This document shows positions 40,768 to 47,912 of a stretch of DNA of 64,000 nt, in pieces. Under the pieces are notes generated by a model. That model had not been told where the DNA came from and did not search any database. It saw nothing but the letters and a program-made list of their open reading frames with translations. Made by a program: the position numbers and the translations under genes. Location of the stretch: the IMG/VR virus record IMGVR_UViG_3300032240_001991, positions 248,001 to 312,000 of that record; one strand, given 5' to 3'. How positions within the stretch are numbered: position 1 is the stretch's first letter; each line of letters opens with the position of its first letter.

Positions 40768-41685
40768 ATGTTTATAAGAATGACAACAGTAACAACATCA
40801 GGAAAAAAAGTAAAATACTTAAACAATAGAGATTTATTAGCAGAGATACATAAAAGCAAATGTAGTTTTTCTAGTTTTACCAAACCAGAATATAACCAAT
40901 ACGATGTTATTTTAACTGACCTAGATAAAATAAACATTAGAACTATTGCAGATGCCAAAAGAAATCGTGCTAAAAGAATTGGATTAGAAACATTTAATGC
41001 CGCAAGAGCAGCAGGCGATAAAAAAATTAAACTAATAGAGTGTACTCCAGACTACACTGAAATTAAAAAAGGTGACATTGTCATTAGGATAATGACCTTT
41101 GATCATATTCCGCTTGCACCGGGCAGAAAAAAGACTACTAAAACTCGAGCAGATTCCCACGAAAAAATTAATTTTCCTCCGTTCCAACATTGGAAGTTTA
41201 ACGAAGCTGGAGAACTAGAATGCGTAGGCAAAAGTCACTGGAAAGGTGGTTTAGAAAAAGGCAAGTTTAGCAAAGATCACGGACGGATTACTGAAGAACT
41301 TGGCAAGATGTTTATTAAATTAAGTGAACGCTACGCACAGCGCAGTAACTGGCGCGGCTATACATATGTTGACGAAATGCGGGGGCAGGCTATATTACAG
41401 TTAAGTCAAATCGGATTGCAATTTGACGAGTCAAAATCAGAAAACCCGTTTGCTTATTATACTGCCGCAGTAACTAATTCTTTTACTAGAATTTTAAACT
41501 TAGAAAAGAAAAGCCAAAACATTCGTGACGATCTACTTGAAGTGCACGGACTAACGCCTAGCCTAACTCGTCAATCTAAGGACGAATTTGCAGACGAAGT
41601 TGCCAAGCAAGCAGAAATCTATAAAAATACTAGATTACCAAAGAGTCAAGATACTGACTTTTTTGAAGAAGAAAGCGACGAATAA
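40768..41685 (+). CDS. late-transcription sigma factor, T4 gp55-like
   Basis: YLNNRDLLAEI, LG.MFIKLSERYA..SNWRGYTY.DEM, FDE.KSENPFAYYT....NSF.R....EKK.Q; directly upstream of gp47/gp46 as in T4-like phages. Confidence 0.85.
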   Translation: MFIRMTTVTTSGKKVKYLNNRDLLAEIHKSKCSFSSFTKPEYNQYDVILTDLDKINIRTIADAKRNRAKRIGLETFNAARAAGDKKIKLIECTPDYTEIKKGDIVIRIMTFDHIPLAPGRKKTTKTRADSHEKINFPPFQHWKFNEAGELECVGKSHWKGGLEKGKFSKDHGRITEELGKMFIKLSERYAQRSNWRGYTYVDEMRGQAILQLSQIGLQFDESKSENPFAYYTAAVTNSFTRILNLEKKSQNIRDDLLEVHGLTPSLTRQSKDEFADEVAKQAEIYKNTRLPKSQDTDFFEEESDE

Positions 41686-41687
41686 AC

Positions 41688-41717
41688 TTGATTTAGTTTT
41701 AGCTTTTCTGCTAAAAT
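41688..41717 (+). promoter_or_regulatory. possible sigma70-type promoter for gp47/46
   Basis: TTGATT, 18-nt spacer, TAAAAT with extended -10 TGc. Confidence 0.45.
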
Positions 41718-41740
41718 TACGTCTAGGAGAATAACGTCTT

Positions 41741-42754
41741 ATGGGATTATTCAAAAAAATTGCAGCATTTACTGATCTTCATGTTGGCCTTAAGAGCAAC
41801 AGTTTAGTTCATTTAAAAGACTGCGAAGAGTTTGTTGATTGGTTTATAGCCAAAGCTAAGGAAGAAAACTGTGATACAGGAATCTTCCTTGGTGATTGGC
41901 ATCATCATCGCAATGCCATTAATCTAATGACCCTTGATACCAGCATTAGGTGTTTGGAGAAATTAGGTCAGGCGTTTGACCAATTCTTTTGGTTTCCAGG
42001 AAACCACGATCTATTCTATAAGGATAAACGTGAAATCCATAGCTCGGCCTTTGGGCGACATATCCCAGGAGTAACAGTTGTTGAATCCCCTACAACCATC
42101 GATAACGTAACACTTGTACCTTGGTTAATTGGTGAAGAATGGAAGACTGTTAGTTCTTTTAAAAGCAAATATGTATTTGGTCATTTTGAACTACCGCTAT
42201 TTTACATGAACGCTATGGTTCAGATGCCTGATCATGGAGAACTGCAAATATCACATTTTAATACCCCCGACTATGTATTCTCTGGTCATTTTCATAAAAG
42301 GCAACACCAAGGAAAGATTTGGTATATTGGTAATGCGTTTCCTCACAACTATGCAGATGCATGGGATGACGACAGAGGAATGATGACCCTTGAATGGGGC
42401 GGCAAACCTGTGTTTCACAACTGGGAAAATTGTCCTAAATTTAGAACAATTAAGCTTAGTAAGCTGATTGATGGTAAAGATGAAATTATGAAATCTAAGA
42501 TGTATCTTAGAGTCAATCTAGACATCGATGTTACCTATGAAGAAGCTAACTTCCTTAAAGAAACATTTTTAAGTGAATACGATATTCGTGAAATTAGCAT
42601 GATACAAGATAAAACAAATATTGACCTTGCTATTGATGCAGCGATTGATACAAAATTTGAAAGTGTTGATCAGATTGTTACTGAAGAATTGTTAAACATT
42701 AAAAGCGAACAGTTTGATCAAAAAATTCTACTAGACATTTATCACAACCTATGA
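41741..42754 (+). CDS. recombination nuclease gp47 (Mre11/SbcD family)
   Basis: FTDLHVG, FLGDWHH, PGNHD, GHFE, FSGHFH. Confidence 0.93.
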   Translation: MGLFKKIAAFTDLHVGLKSNSLVHLKDCEEFVDWFIAKAKEENCDTGIFLGDWHHHRNAINLMTLDTSIRCLEKLGQAFDQFFWFPGNHDLFYKDKREIHSSAFGRHIPGVTVVESPTTIDNVTLVPWLIGEEWKTVSSFKSKYVFGHFELPLFYMNAMVQMPDHGELQISHFNTPDYVFSGHFHKRQHQGKIWYIGNAFPHNYADAWDDDRGMMTLEWGGKPVFHNWENCPKFRTIKLSKLIDGKDEIMKSKMYLRVNLDIDVTYEEANFLKETFLSEYDIREISMIQDKTNIDLAIDAAIDTKFESVDQIVTEELLNIKSEQFDQKILLDIYHNL

Positions 42755-44541
42755 TGTTTAAAATTAAAAATATTACTGTGAAAAATTTTATGAGCGTGGG
42801 CAATCAAACCCAAGCCGTTGATTTTGATCGAGAGCATCTCACGCTAGTACTAGGTGAAAATTTAGACTTAGGGGGCGACGACTCTGGTTCTCGAAACGGA
42901 ACTGGAAAAACTACCATTATCAATTCATTGAGTTATGCTCTATACGGACAGGCACTAACAAATATTAGAAAAGAAAATCTTATCAATAAAATTAATGGTA
43001 AGAACATGTTGGTTACTGTTGAATTTGAAAAGGACGGTATTAAGTATCGTATTGAGAGAGGACGCAAACCTAATGTTCTAAGACTCTTTATTAACGACAA
43101 AGAGCAGGAGTCAGCTGGAATTGATGACGATGCTCAGGGCGATAGTAGAGAGACACAGAAATTTATCGACCAATGTTTAGGTATGAGCCACACTATGTTT
43201 AAACATCTAGTGGCATTAAACACCTATACCGAACCTTTCCTTAGTATGAAAGCTGCCGATCAACGAGAAGTCATTGAACAACTTCTTGGCATTACTATGC
43301 TAAGTGAAAAGGCAGAAGCATTGAAGTTGCAGGCTAAAGAAGTACGTGACACTATTCAGATTGAACAAATTAAAATTGAAACTACTAAAAGTGCCAACGA
43401 AAGCGTACAAAAAAGTATAGACTCGTTAGTAATTAAGAGTAAGGCATGGGATTCAAAGAAAGAAACAGATCTAGAAAATCTAGCTAAAGCTATTGCTACC
43501 CTTGAATCCGTTGATATTGCAGAAGAAATTAATAAGCATGCTGCACTTAAGATTTGGGAAGAAAAGAATTCTCAATTAAATGATCTTAAGAGACAACGTG
43601 CGACTTATCAAACAGCACACGGTCAAGCTGAAAAAAATGTCAAACGGTATCAACGAGATTCTGCGGCATTGGGAGACAAAAAATGTCCTCAGTGCGAACA
43701 AAACTTGCAAGACCATACTCACCAAAATCTGATTGCAGATGCTGCTCGTAATCTCAAAGATTCTAGCGAGTACCTAGATTCTATAAACAAGAATTTAGAA
43801 ACAATTGAAAATAAAATTAAAGACATTAATAACATCGGCCATAGGCCAATTACATTTTATGACTCAGAAGCTGATGCTCTTAATCATAAAAATCAATTAG
43901 ATAATTTAGAAAAAGCATTAGAAGCTAAAGCTAACGAATCTAATCCTTATCAAGAACAAATCGAAGAGCTACAAAAAACAGCTATTCAAGAAATTAATTG
44001 GGATACAATTAACTCATTGACTAAGGTTAAAGACCATCAAGAATTTTTATTGAAACTTCTTACTAATAAAGAAAGTTTTATTCGTAAAAAAATTATTGAT
44101 CAAAATCTTAATTACTTAAACAAACGATTGAGTTACTACATTGATGTGCTAGGATTACCTCACTTAGTTGTTTTTCAAAATGATCTTAATGTAGAGATTA
44201 CAAATTTTGGGCAAGATTTGGATTTTGATAATCTATCTCGAGGAGAAAGAAATCGGCTTATACTAGGGATGAGTTTTGCTTTCCGCGATGTATGGGAAAA
44301 TCTTTACCAAAATATTAATTTACTTTTTATTGACGAATTAATTGACTCTGGAATGGACAGCGCAGGCGTTGAAGCAGGACTAGGTGTTTTGAAAAAAATT
44401 GCCCGTGAAAGAAATAAGAATATATATCTTATATCCCATAAAGAAGAATTAATTGGTAGAGTTAACAAGGTGCTTAGGGTTATTAAAGAATCCGGATTTA
44501 CTTCGTATTCAAATTCTGCCGAGTATATAGAGACGCAATGA
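42751..44541 (+). CDS. recombination ATPase gp46 (Rad50/SbcC family)
   Basis: KNFMSVGN, NGTGKT Walker A, CPQC zinc hook, LSRGE signature, LFIDE, ISHK. Confidence 0.93.
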   Translation: MMFKIKNITVKNFMSVGNQTQAVDFDREHLTLVLGENLDLGGDDSGSRNGTGKTTIINSLSYALYGQALTNIRKENLINKINGKNMLVTVEFEKDGIKYRIERGRKPNVLRLFINDKEQESAGIDDDAQGDSRETQKFIDQCLGMSHTMFKHLVALNTYTEPFLSMKAADQREVIEQLLGITMLSEKAEALKLQAKEVRDTIQIEQIKIETTKSANESVQKSIDSLVIKSKAWDSKKETDLENLAKAIATLESVDIAEEINKHAALKIWEEKNSQLNDLKRQRATYQTAHGQAEKNVKRYQRDSAALGDKKCPQCEQNLQDHTHQNLIADAARNLKDSSEYLDSINKNLETIENKIKDINNIGHRPITFYDSEADALNHKNQLDNLEKALEAKANESNPYQEQIEELQKTAIQEINWDTINSLTKVKDHQEFLLKLLTNKESFIRKKIIDQNLNYLNKRLSYYIDVLGLPHLVVFQNDLNVEITNFGQDLDFDNLSRGERNRLILGMSFAFRDVWENLYQNINLLFIDELIDSGMDSAGVEAGLGVLKKIARERNKNIYLISHKEELIGRVNKVLRVIKESGFTSYSNSAEYIETQ

Positions 44542-44792
44542 TAAACAAGTACAAAGAGCTACATGAACAATTACTAGACTTATTAGTAGAGTATCATAAT
44601 GCTCATGTTAGATTTTTAGATAGACAGAATAGTTATAATTGCAGCCACTTGATTCCTATAACAAAAAAAATAGGAAGACTTGTTAAAGAAATGAGAAAAC
44701 ATAATTTTGAGCTACGGCAAAGTTTATTAGCAGAAAAACGTAGTAGAATATCAAAACAAAAGGAAAAAAAGAAAAATGTCAAACACACTTGA
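44538..44792 (+). CDS. basic helical protein, possible divergent Hc1-like paralog
   Basis: IGRLVKEMRK aligns with VGKLVKARRN of the next gene; Lys-rich tail. Confidence 0.55.
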   Translation: MINKYKELHEQLLDLLVEYHNAHVRFLDRQNSYNCSHLIPITKKIGRLVKEMRKHNFELRQSLLAEKRSRISKQKEKKKNVKHT

Positions 44793-44973
44793 AAATTTAA
44801 AACAGGCACTTGAATCAGCTCTAGCAGAAGATGCTAAGTTTTCTGGCGGCAATAATGCAGCAGGAACACGAGCTCGTAAAGCGTTGGCAGAAGTTGGTAA
44901 ATTAGTTAAGGCACGCCGTAATGAAATTACCGCAGAAAAGAACGCTCGAAAGGATGCTAAGGCAACAAAGTAA
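44776..44973 (+). CDS. histone H1-like protein (Hc1 family)
   Basis: KFSGGNNAAGTRARKAL.E+.KL.K..R.E motif characteristic of Hc1-like proteins. Confidence 0.8.
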   Translation: MSNTLENLKQALESALAEDAKFSGGNNAAGTRARKALAEVGKLVKARRNEITAEKNARKDAKATK

Positions 44974-44974
44974 G

Positions 44975-45400
44975 TTGACCTGGCTGTATCAAGGCAAAGA
45001 AGTTACAGAACTTCCTGAGGATTGTGTTGGATTTATCTATTTGATTACTAATACAATCTCAGGAAGGATGTATGTTGGAAAAAAATTAGCAAAATTCTCA
45101 AAAACAAAATACAAAACAGTAAAACTTAAAAACGGCAACAAGAAAAGAAAGAAAATTAAAAGCAAAATAGAATCAGACTGGCAAACTTATTATGGCTCCT
45201 CAGACGAATTAAACGAAGACATTAAACAACTAGGCAACGAACATTTTAAACGCGAAATACTATACTACTGCACAAGTAAGGCACAAACTTCATATCTTGA
45301 AGCAAAAGAACAATTTGACAGGCGTGTTTTAGAAACAAATCAATACTATAACGGACATATACGTGTTCGTGTCCATGGCTCACACATAATCAAAAAATAA
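44975..45400 (+). CDS. stand-alone GIY-YIG (Seg-like) nuclease domain protein
   Basis: GFIYLITN..SGRMYVGKK, YYGSS, FKREIL, SYLE, YYNG; probable TTG start at 44975 (MTWLYQG) right after the Hc1 stop; no C-terminal NUMOD/HTH domain. Confidence 0.8.
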   Translation: MTWLYQGKEVTELPEDCVGFIYLITNTISGRMYVGKKLAKFSKTKYKTVKLKNGNKKRKKIKSKIESDWQTYYGSSDELNEDIKQLGNEHFKREILYYCTSKAQTSYLEAKEQFDRRVLETNQYYNGHIRVRVHGSHIIKK

Positions 45401-45429
45401 CATCAAGGCACATTAAACAGCACTAAAGG

Positions 45430-45770
45430 TTGACGGGCCAGTTATAATACCGTTGTGGAAAAAGCGGGGAGTAACCGCACACGTAACACGTTGAGCCGCT
45501 TTGCTGCATGCAAAGATAGGATTGGCGTAGGATGAATGCTGTCATTCGTAAAACACTGCTCTAAAACACCTTGGGGATCAGGAACGAGCCCAGGGCATTA
45601 TACATATATAATGTGTCGCAGTAGGTAAGGAAAAGTGCAGAGTCCTTAGAGCTACAGTGTATAAACACCTACTTCCACGTCTTGGCTAGTGAAACTCACA
45701 TGAAAACCGTCCAAGAATAGACAGGAACCAGTAAAAAGGTTCCGTCTGACCAGCTCAATCTACATGAATA
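45430..45770 (+). ncRNA. candidate large structured non-coding RNA (multi-helix, pseudoknotted), family unassigned
   Basis: No ORF of 60 aa or more in the track; about 44% GC by hand count; more than 10 helices, including long-range GUGGAA/UUCCAC, UUGAGC/GCUCAA, ACACU-GCUCUAA/UUAGAGC-AGUGU and AGUAGGU/ACCUACU. Strand inferred from the upstream operon and 3' hairpins. Confidence 0.65.
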
Positions 45771-45784
45771 TCTTAAAAAGAAAA

Positions 45785-45834
45785 CTGCTTCGAGCTGATA
45801 AGCGAAGAAGCAGGTGAGCGTTAGCTCACCTTTC
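45785..45834 (+). terminator. double hairpin closing the ncRNA region (possible intrinsic terminator)
   Basis: CTGCTTC...GAAGCAG stem, then AGGTGAGC-GTTA-GCTCACCT followed by a short TTC. Confidence 0.5.
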
Positions 45835-45836
45835 AG

Positions 45837-45844
45837 TATAAATA
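45837..45844 (+). promoter_or_regulatory. T4-type late promoter TATAAATA
   Basis: Exact T4 late consensus upstream of 45871. Confidence 0.7.
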
Positions 45845-45870
45845 AAACATACTATTAGGATTTTATAGTC

Positions 45871-46731
45871 ATGCGTATTACCCAATTGCTTAATGAAGAA
45901 GAATTAGATGAAATAGGAATGAAAAGTATTGGCTCAGCTGCTGCTAAATTAGGCAGAGGTGCAGCCCTTGGAGTTGGAGCAGTAGCAGGTGGACTAAGAG
46001 GCATGGCTACCGCAGCTAAACAAGGGTATGATGTTGGCAAAGCTGCAACTGGACAAGGACGATTACCAGCAGCAGGAACAACATGGGGATTTGGGAATCA
46101 ATACGTAGGACCAGCAGGCGCACAGGCACCAAGCGGAGGTGGAGCTGCACAGCCAGCAGGTGGCCAAGCACCTAATTTACAAGATCAAATTAAAGATAAA
46201 CAAAAGCAGAGAGACGCAATTGATCAAGAAATTCAACAGTTAAGATCTCAAATGTCTGCTGCTCCGCAAGGACCTTCGGGCACTACAGGTACCACTGGAC
46301 CATCAAGTACTACAAATGCGCCAACCGGACCATCAAGTACTCCTAATGCACCAAATACACCGCCAGCACCTAATGCGCCAAATACACCGCCAGCACCTAA
46401 TGCACCAAATGCTCCAAAACCACCAAAGACTCCAAAACCTAAAGCACCGCCAGCACCTAATGCGCCAAATACACCGCCAGCACCTAATGCACCAAATGCT
46501 CCAAAACCACCAAAGACTCCAAAACCTAAAGCACCGCCAGCACCTAATGCGCCAAATACACCACCGGCACCAAAACCACCAAAGACTCCAAAGACTCCGC
46601 AGCCTAATCTCAATGTACAGCCTGGCGGAAAGAATGCGCCACTGGCACCAAATGCGCCAAAGACTCCGGGAACCTCTACAGCTGAGAGCTTTGATCGTTT
46701 ATTAGATTTGGTTAAGAAATTACAACGTTAA
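45871..46731 (+). CDS. Pro/Ala/Gly-rich low-complexity protein, probable internal virion protein
   Basis: MRITQLLNEEELDE N-terminus, short coiled coil, PNAPNTPPA / PKPPKTPKP repeats; late promoter and AGGA SD. Confidence 0.7.
   Translation: MRITQLLNEEELDEIGMKSIGSAAAKLGRGAALGVGAVAGGLRGMATAAKQGYDVGKAATGQGRLPAAGTTWGFGNQYVGPAGAQAPSGGGAAQPAGGQAPNLQDQIKDKQKQRDAIDQEIQQLRSQMSAAPQGPSGTTGTTGPSSTTNAPTGPSSTPNAPNTPPAPNAPNTPPAPNAPNAPKPPKTPKPKAPPAPNAPNTPPAPNAPNAPKPPKTPKPKAPPAPNAPNTPPAPKPPKTPKTPQPNLNVQPGGKNAPLAPNAPKTPGTSTAESFDRLLDLVKKLQR
46360..46562 (+). repeat. 87-nt perfect tandem repeat (about 2.3 copies) in coding sequence
   Basis: Units start at 46360, 46447 and 46534 and encode a 29-aa Pro-rich unit. 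Confidence 0.9.
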
Positions 46732-46958
46732 AAGTATGGTAATCCGGACTTATTAGTTGTTTCAAGATTTTCTTCAATGATCTTGGAGATTATTTCTCTG
46801 CTTTCGTAATCAAGCTGAAAGGCTTCATCAAAAGTCAAAGATCCTCGCATATGCCAGCACATTCTAAACAGTGCTTTCTTTAAATCTTTGCTTTCGTTTT
46901 CTAGGCCCTTAACGAGGTCTTCAATTTCAGGTATGGTTAGAGTTAAGAGCCTTGCCCG
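46728..46958 (-). CDS. -1 frame extension of the tail-assembly chaperone (not in ORF track)
   Basis: Open frame RARLLTLTIPEIEDLVKGLENESKDLKKALFRMCWHMRGSLTFDEAFQLDYESREIISKIIEENLETTNKSGLPYF*. It begins at slippery T TTT TTC (46964-46958), has no start codon or SD near its 5' end, and fills the gap exactly. Confidence 0.75.
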   Translation of the reverse strand, partial: RARLLTLTIPEIEDLVKGLENESKDLKKALFRMCWHMRGSLTFDEAFQLDYESREIISKIIEENLETTNKSGLPYF

Positions 46959-47830
46959 AAAAAATCTGAATTATCAAAGCTAATTGGCAACTCATAAGTT
47001 TCAGGAGCACCTAACGCAATAAGGTCAGGGGTAGATTTTATCAATAACGGTTTTAGATCGTTAGTCTTCTTAAGTTCTGTGATACGTTCTTGTACTTTCT
47101 GAAATACATCTTTATCAGCATTTTGAACAAACTCTTTAATAAACTCAGAATCTTCTACTACTGTTTCAGGTGTCTGTACAGCATAAATGCTGTCTGCAAC
47201 TAGTTCTACAGTGATATCAGTCATTTTATTAAAGCTTTGATTAAAGATTTCTAGTTTACGTTCGTCACTTAATGCTTCATCGTTAACAGCCTGCATTAAT
47301 CTTTGTGTTTCAAAAGTTTTTAAACTGGTTAAAGATAGATGTCTGTAAGTTAGTGGCCTAATAAAACAAGACAGCTGATCATTAATTACAACTTTTTCGT
47401 CCCAACGTGTATTATTTGATAGCTGATCTAAAATTAGTCTTAAGTCAACAATATGTGTTACTTGTTCTGTTGTATTAGGAACAGTATGTGTAACATCCAT
47501 TTTTTCGCCGTAAGTAGCAATTCTAATAGCAGCTAAGATAGAGTCAAGATCAATGTTAGGTGTTTTCCATGCATCTTTAATTGCAGGAATGCAGCTCTGA
47601 ATTACGTCAACAACTGCTTGACCATTGAGTAAAGCGTCTGGGGTTTTAAATGCTAATTCGTCTTTAGCAGTCATAGAGTAAACAGCCAATTCACCGTTGG
47701 CTGGCCATTCAATACTACCTTTTTCCCAATAGGCTCCATTACTTGGCAAGCGAACATAAATCTTAGCCTGCCTCATAAAACTAGTTAACGGGTTTGGTTT
47801 CTTAAATGTTGACTGCTGAAAATTACTCAC
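46943..47830 (-). CDS. baseplate hub / tail assembly chaperone (T4 gp26-like)
   Basis: NPL..FMRQ.KIY+.LPS.G, V..MTA.DE...KTPDALLNG, D.D.IL.AIR.ATYG; start moved to GTG 47830 (GGAG SD); ends D.SDFF. Confidence 0.75.
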   Translation of the reverse strand: MSNFQQSTFKKPNPLTSFMRQAKIYVRLPSNGAYWEKGSIEWPANGELAVYSMTAKDELAFKTPDALLNGQAVVDVIQSCIPAIKDAWKTPNIDLDSILAAIRIATYGEKMDVTHTVPNTTEQVTHIVDLRLILDQLSNNTRWDEKVVINDQLSCFIRPLTYRHLSLTSLKTFETQRLMQAVNDEALSDERKLEIFNQSFNKMTDITVELVADSIYAVQTPETVVEDSEFIKEFVQNADKDVFQKVQERITELKKTNDLKPLLIKSTPDLIALGAPETYELPISFDNSDFFGQGS

Positions 47831-47842
47831 ATGTAACTCCAA

Positions 47843-47883
47843 TAAATATGGTTAATAAATACTATTACTAACTTGGGTATTTA
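47843..47883. promoter_or_regulatory. cluster of divergent late promoters
   Basis: TAAATA on + at 47843-47848 and 47856-47861; TAAATA on - at 47878-47883. Confidence 0.55.
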
Positions 47884-47912
47884 TCTAGGTATAAAATGGC
47901 GAAAATTATAAT

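Noticed and set aside
44975-45400. GIY-YIG gene as a mobile homing endonuclease
   Set aside because: It has only the catalytic domain, no DNA-binding tail, and no intron or interrupted host gene, so it is not called a mobile element
45430-45448. TTGACG...TATAAT resembling a sigma70 promoter
   Set aside because: The spacer is only 7 nt, and both hexamers fall within the first predicted hairpin of the structured element
45430-45770. Assignment of the structured element to RNase P RNA, tmRNA, or a group I/II intron
   Set aside because: GGATGAATGCTGTC and AAGGAAAAGTGC resemble RNase P conserved regions but are in the wrong order, with no GAGGAAAGUCC/P4. There are no tRNA-like ends, no group I P7 GACUA/UAGUC pair, no group II domain V, and no interrupted gene.
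46360-46562. Tandem repeats as a CRISPR or guide array
   Set aside because: These are in-frame coding repeats with no unique spacers, and there are no cas genes
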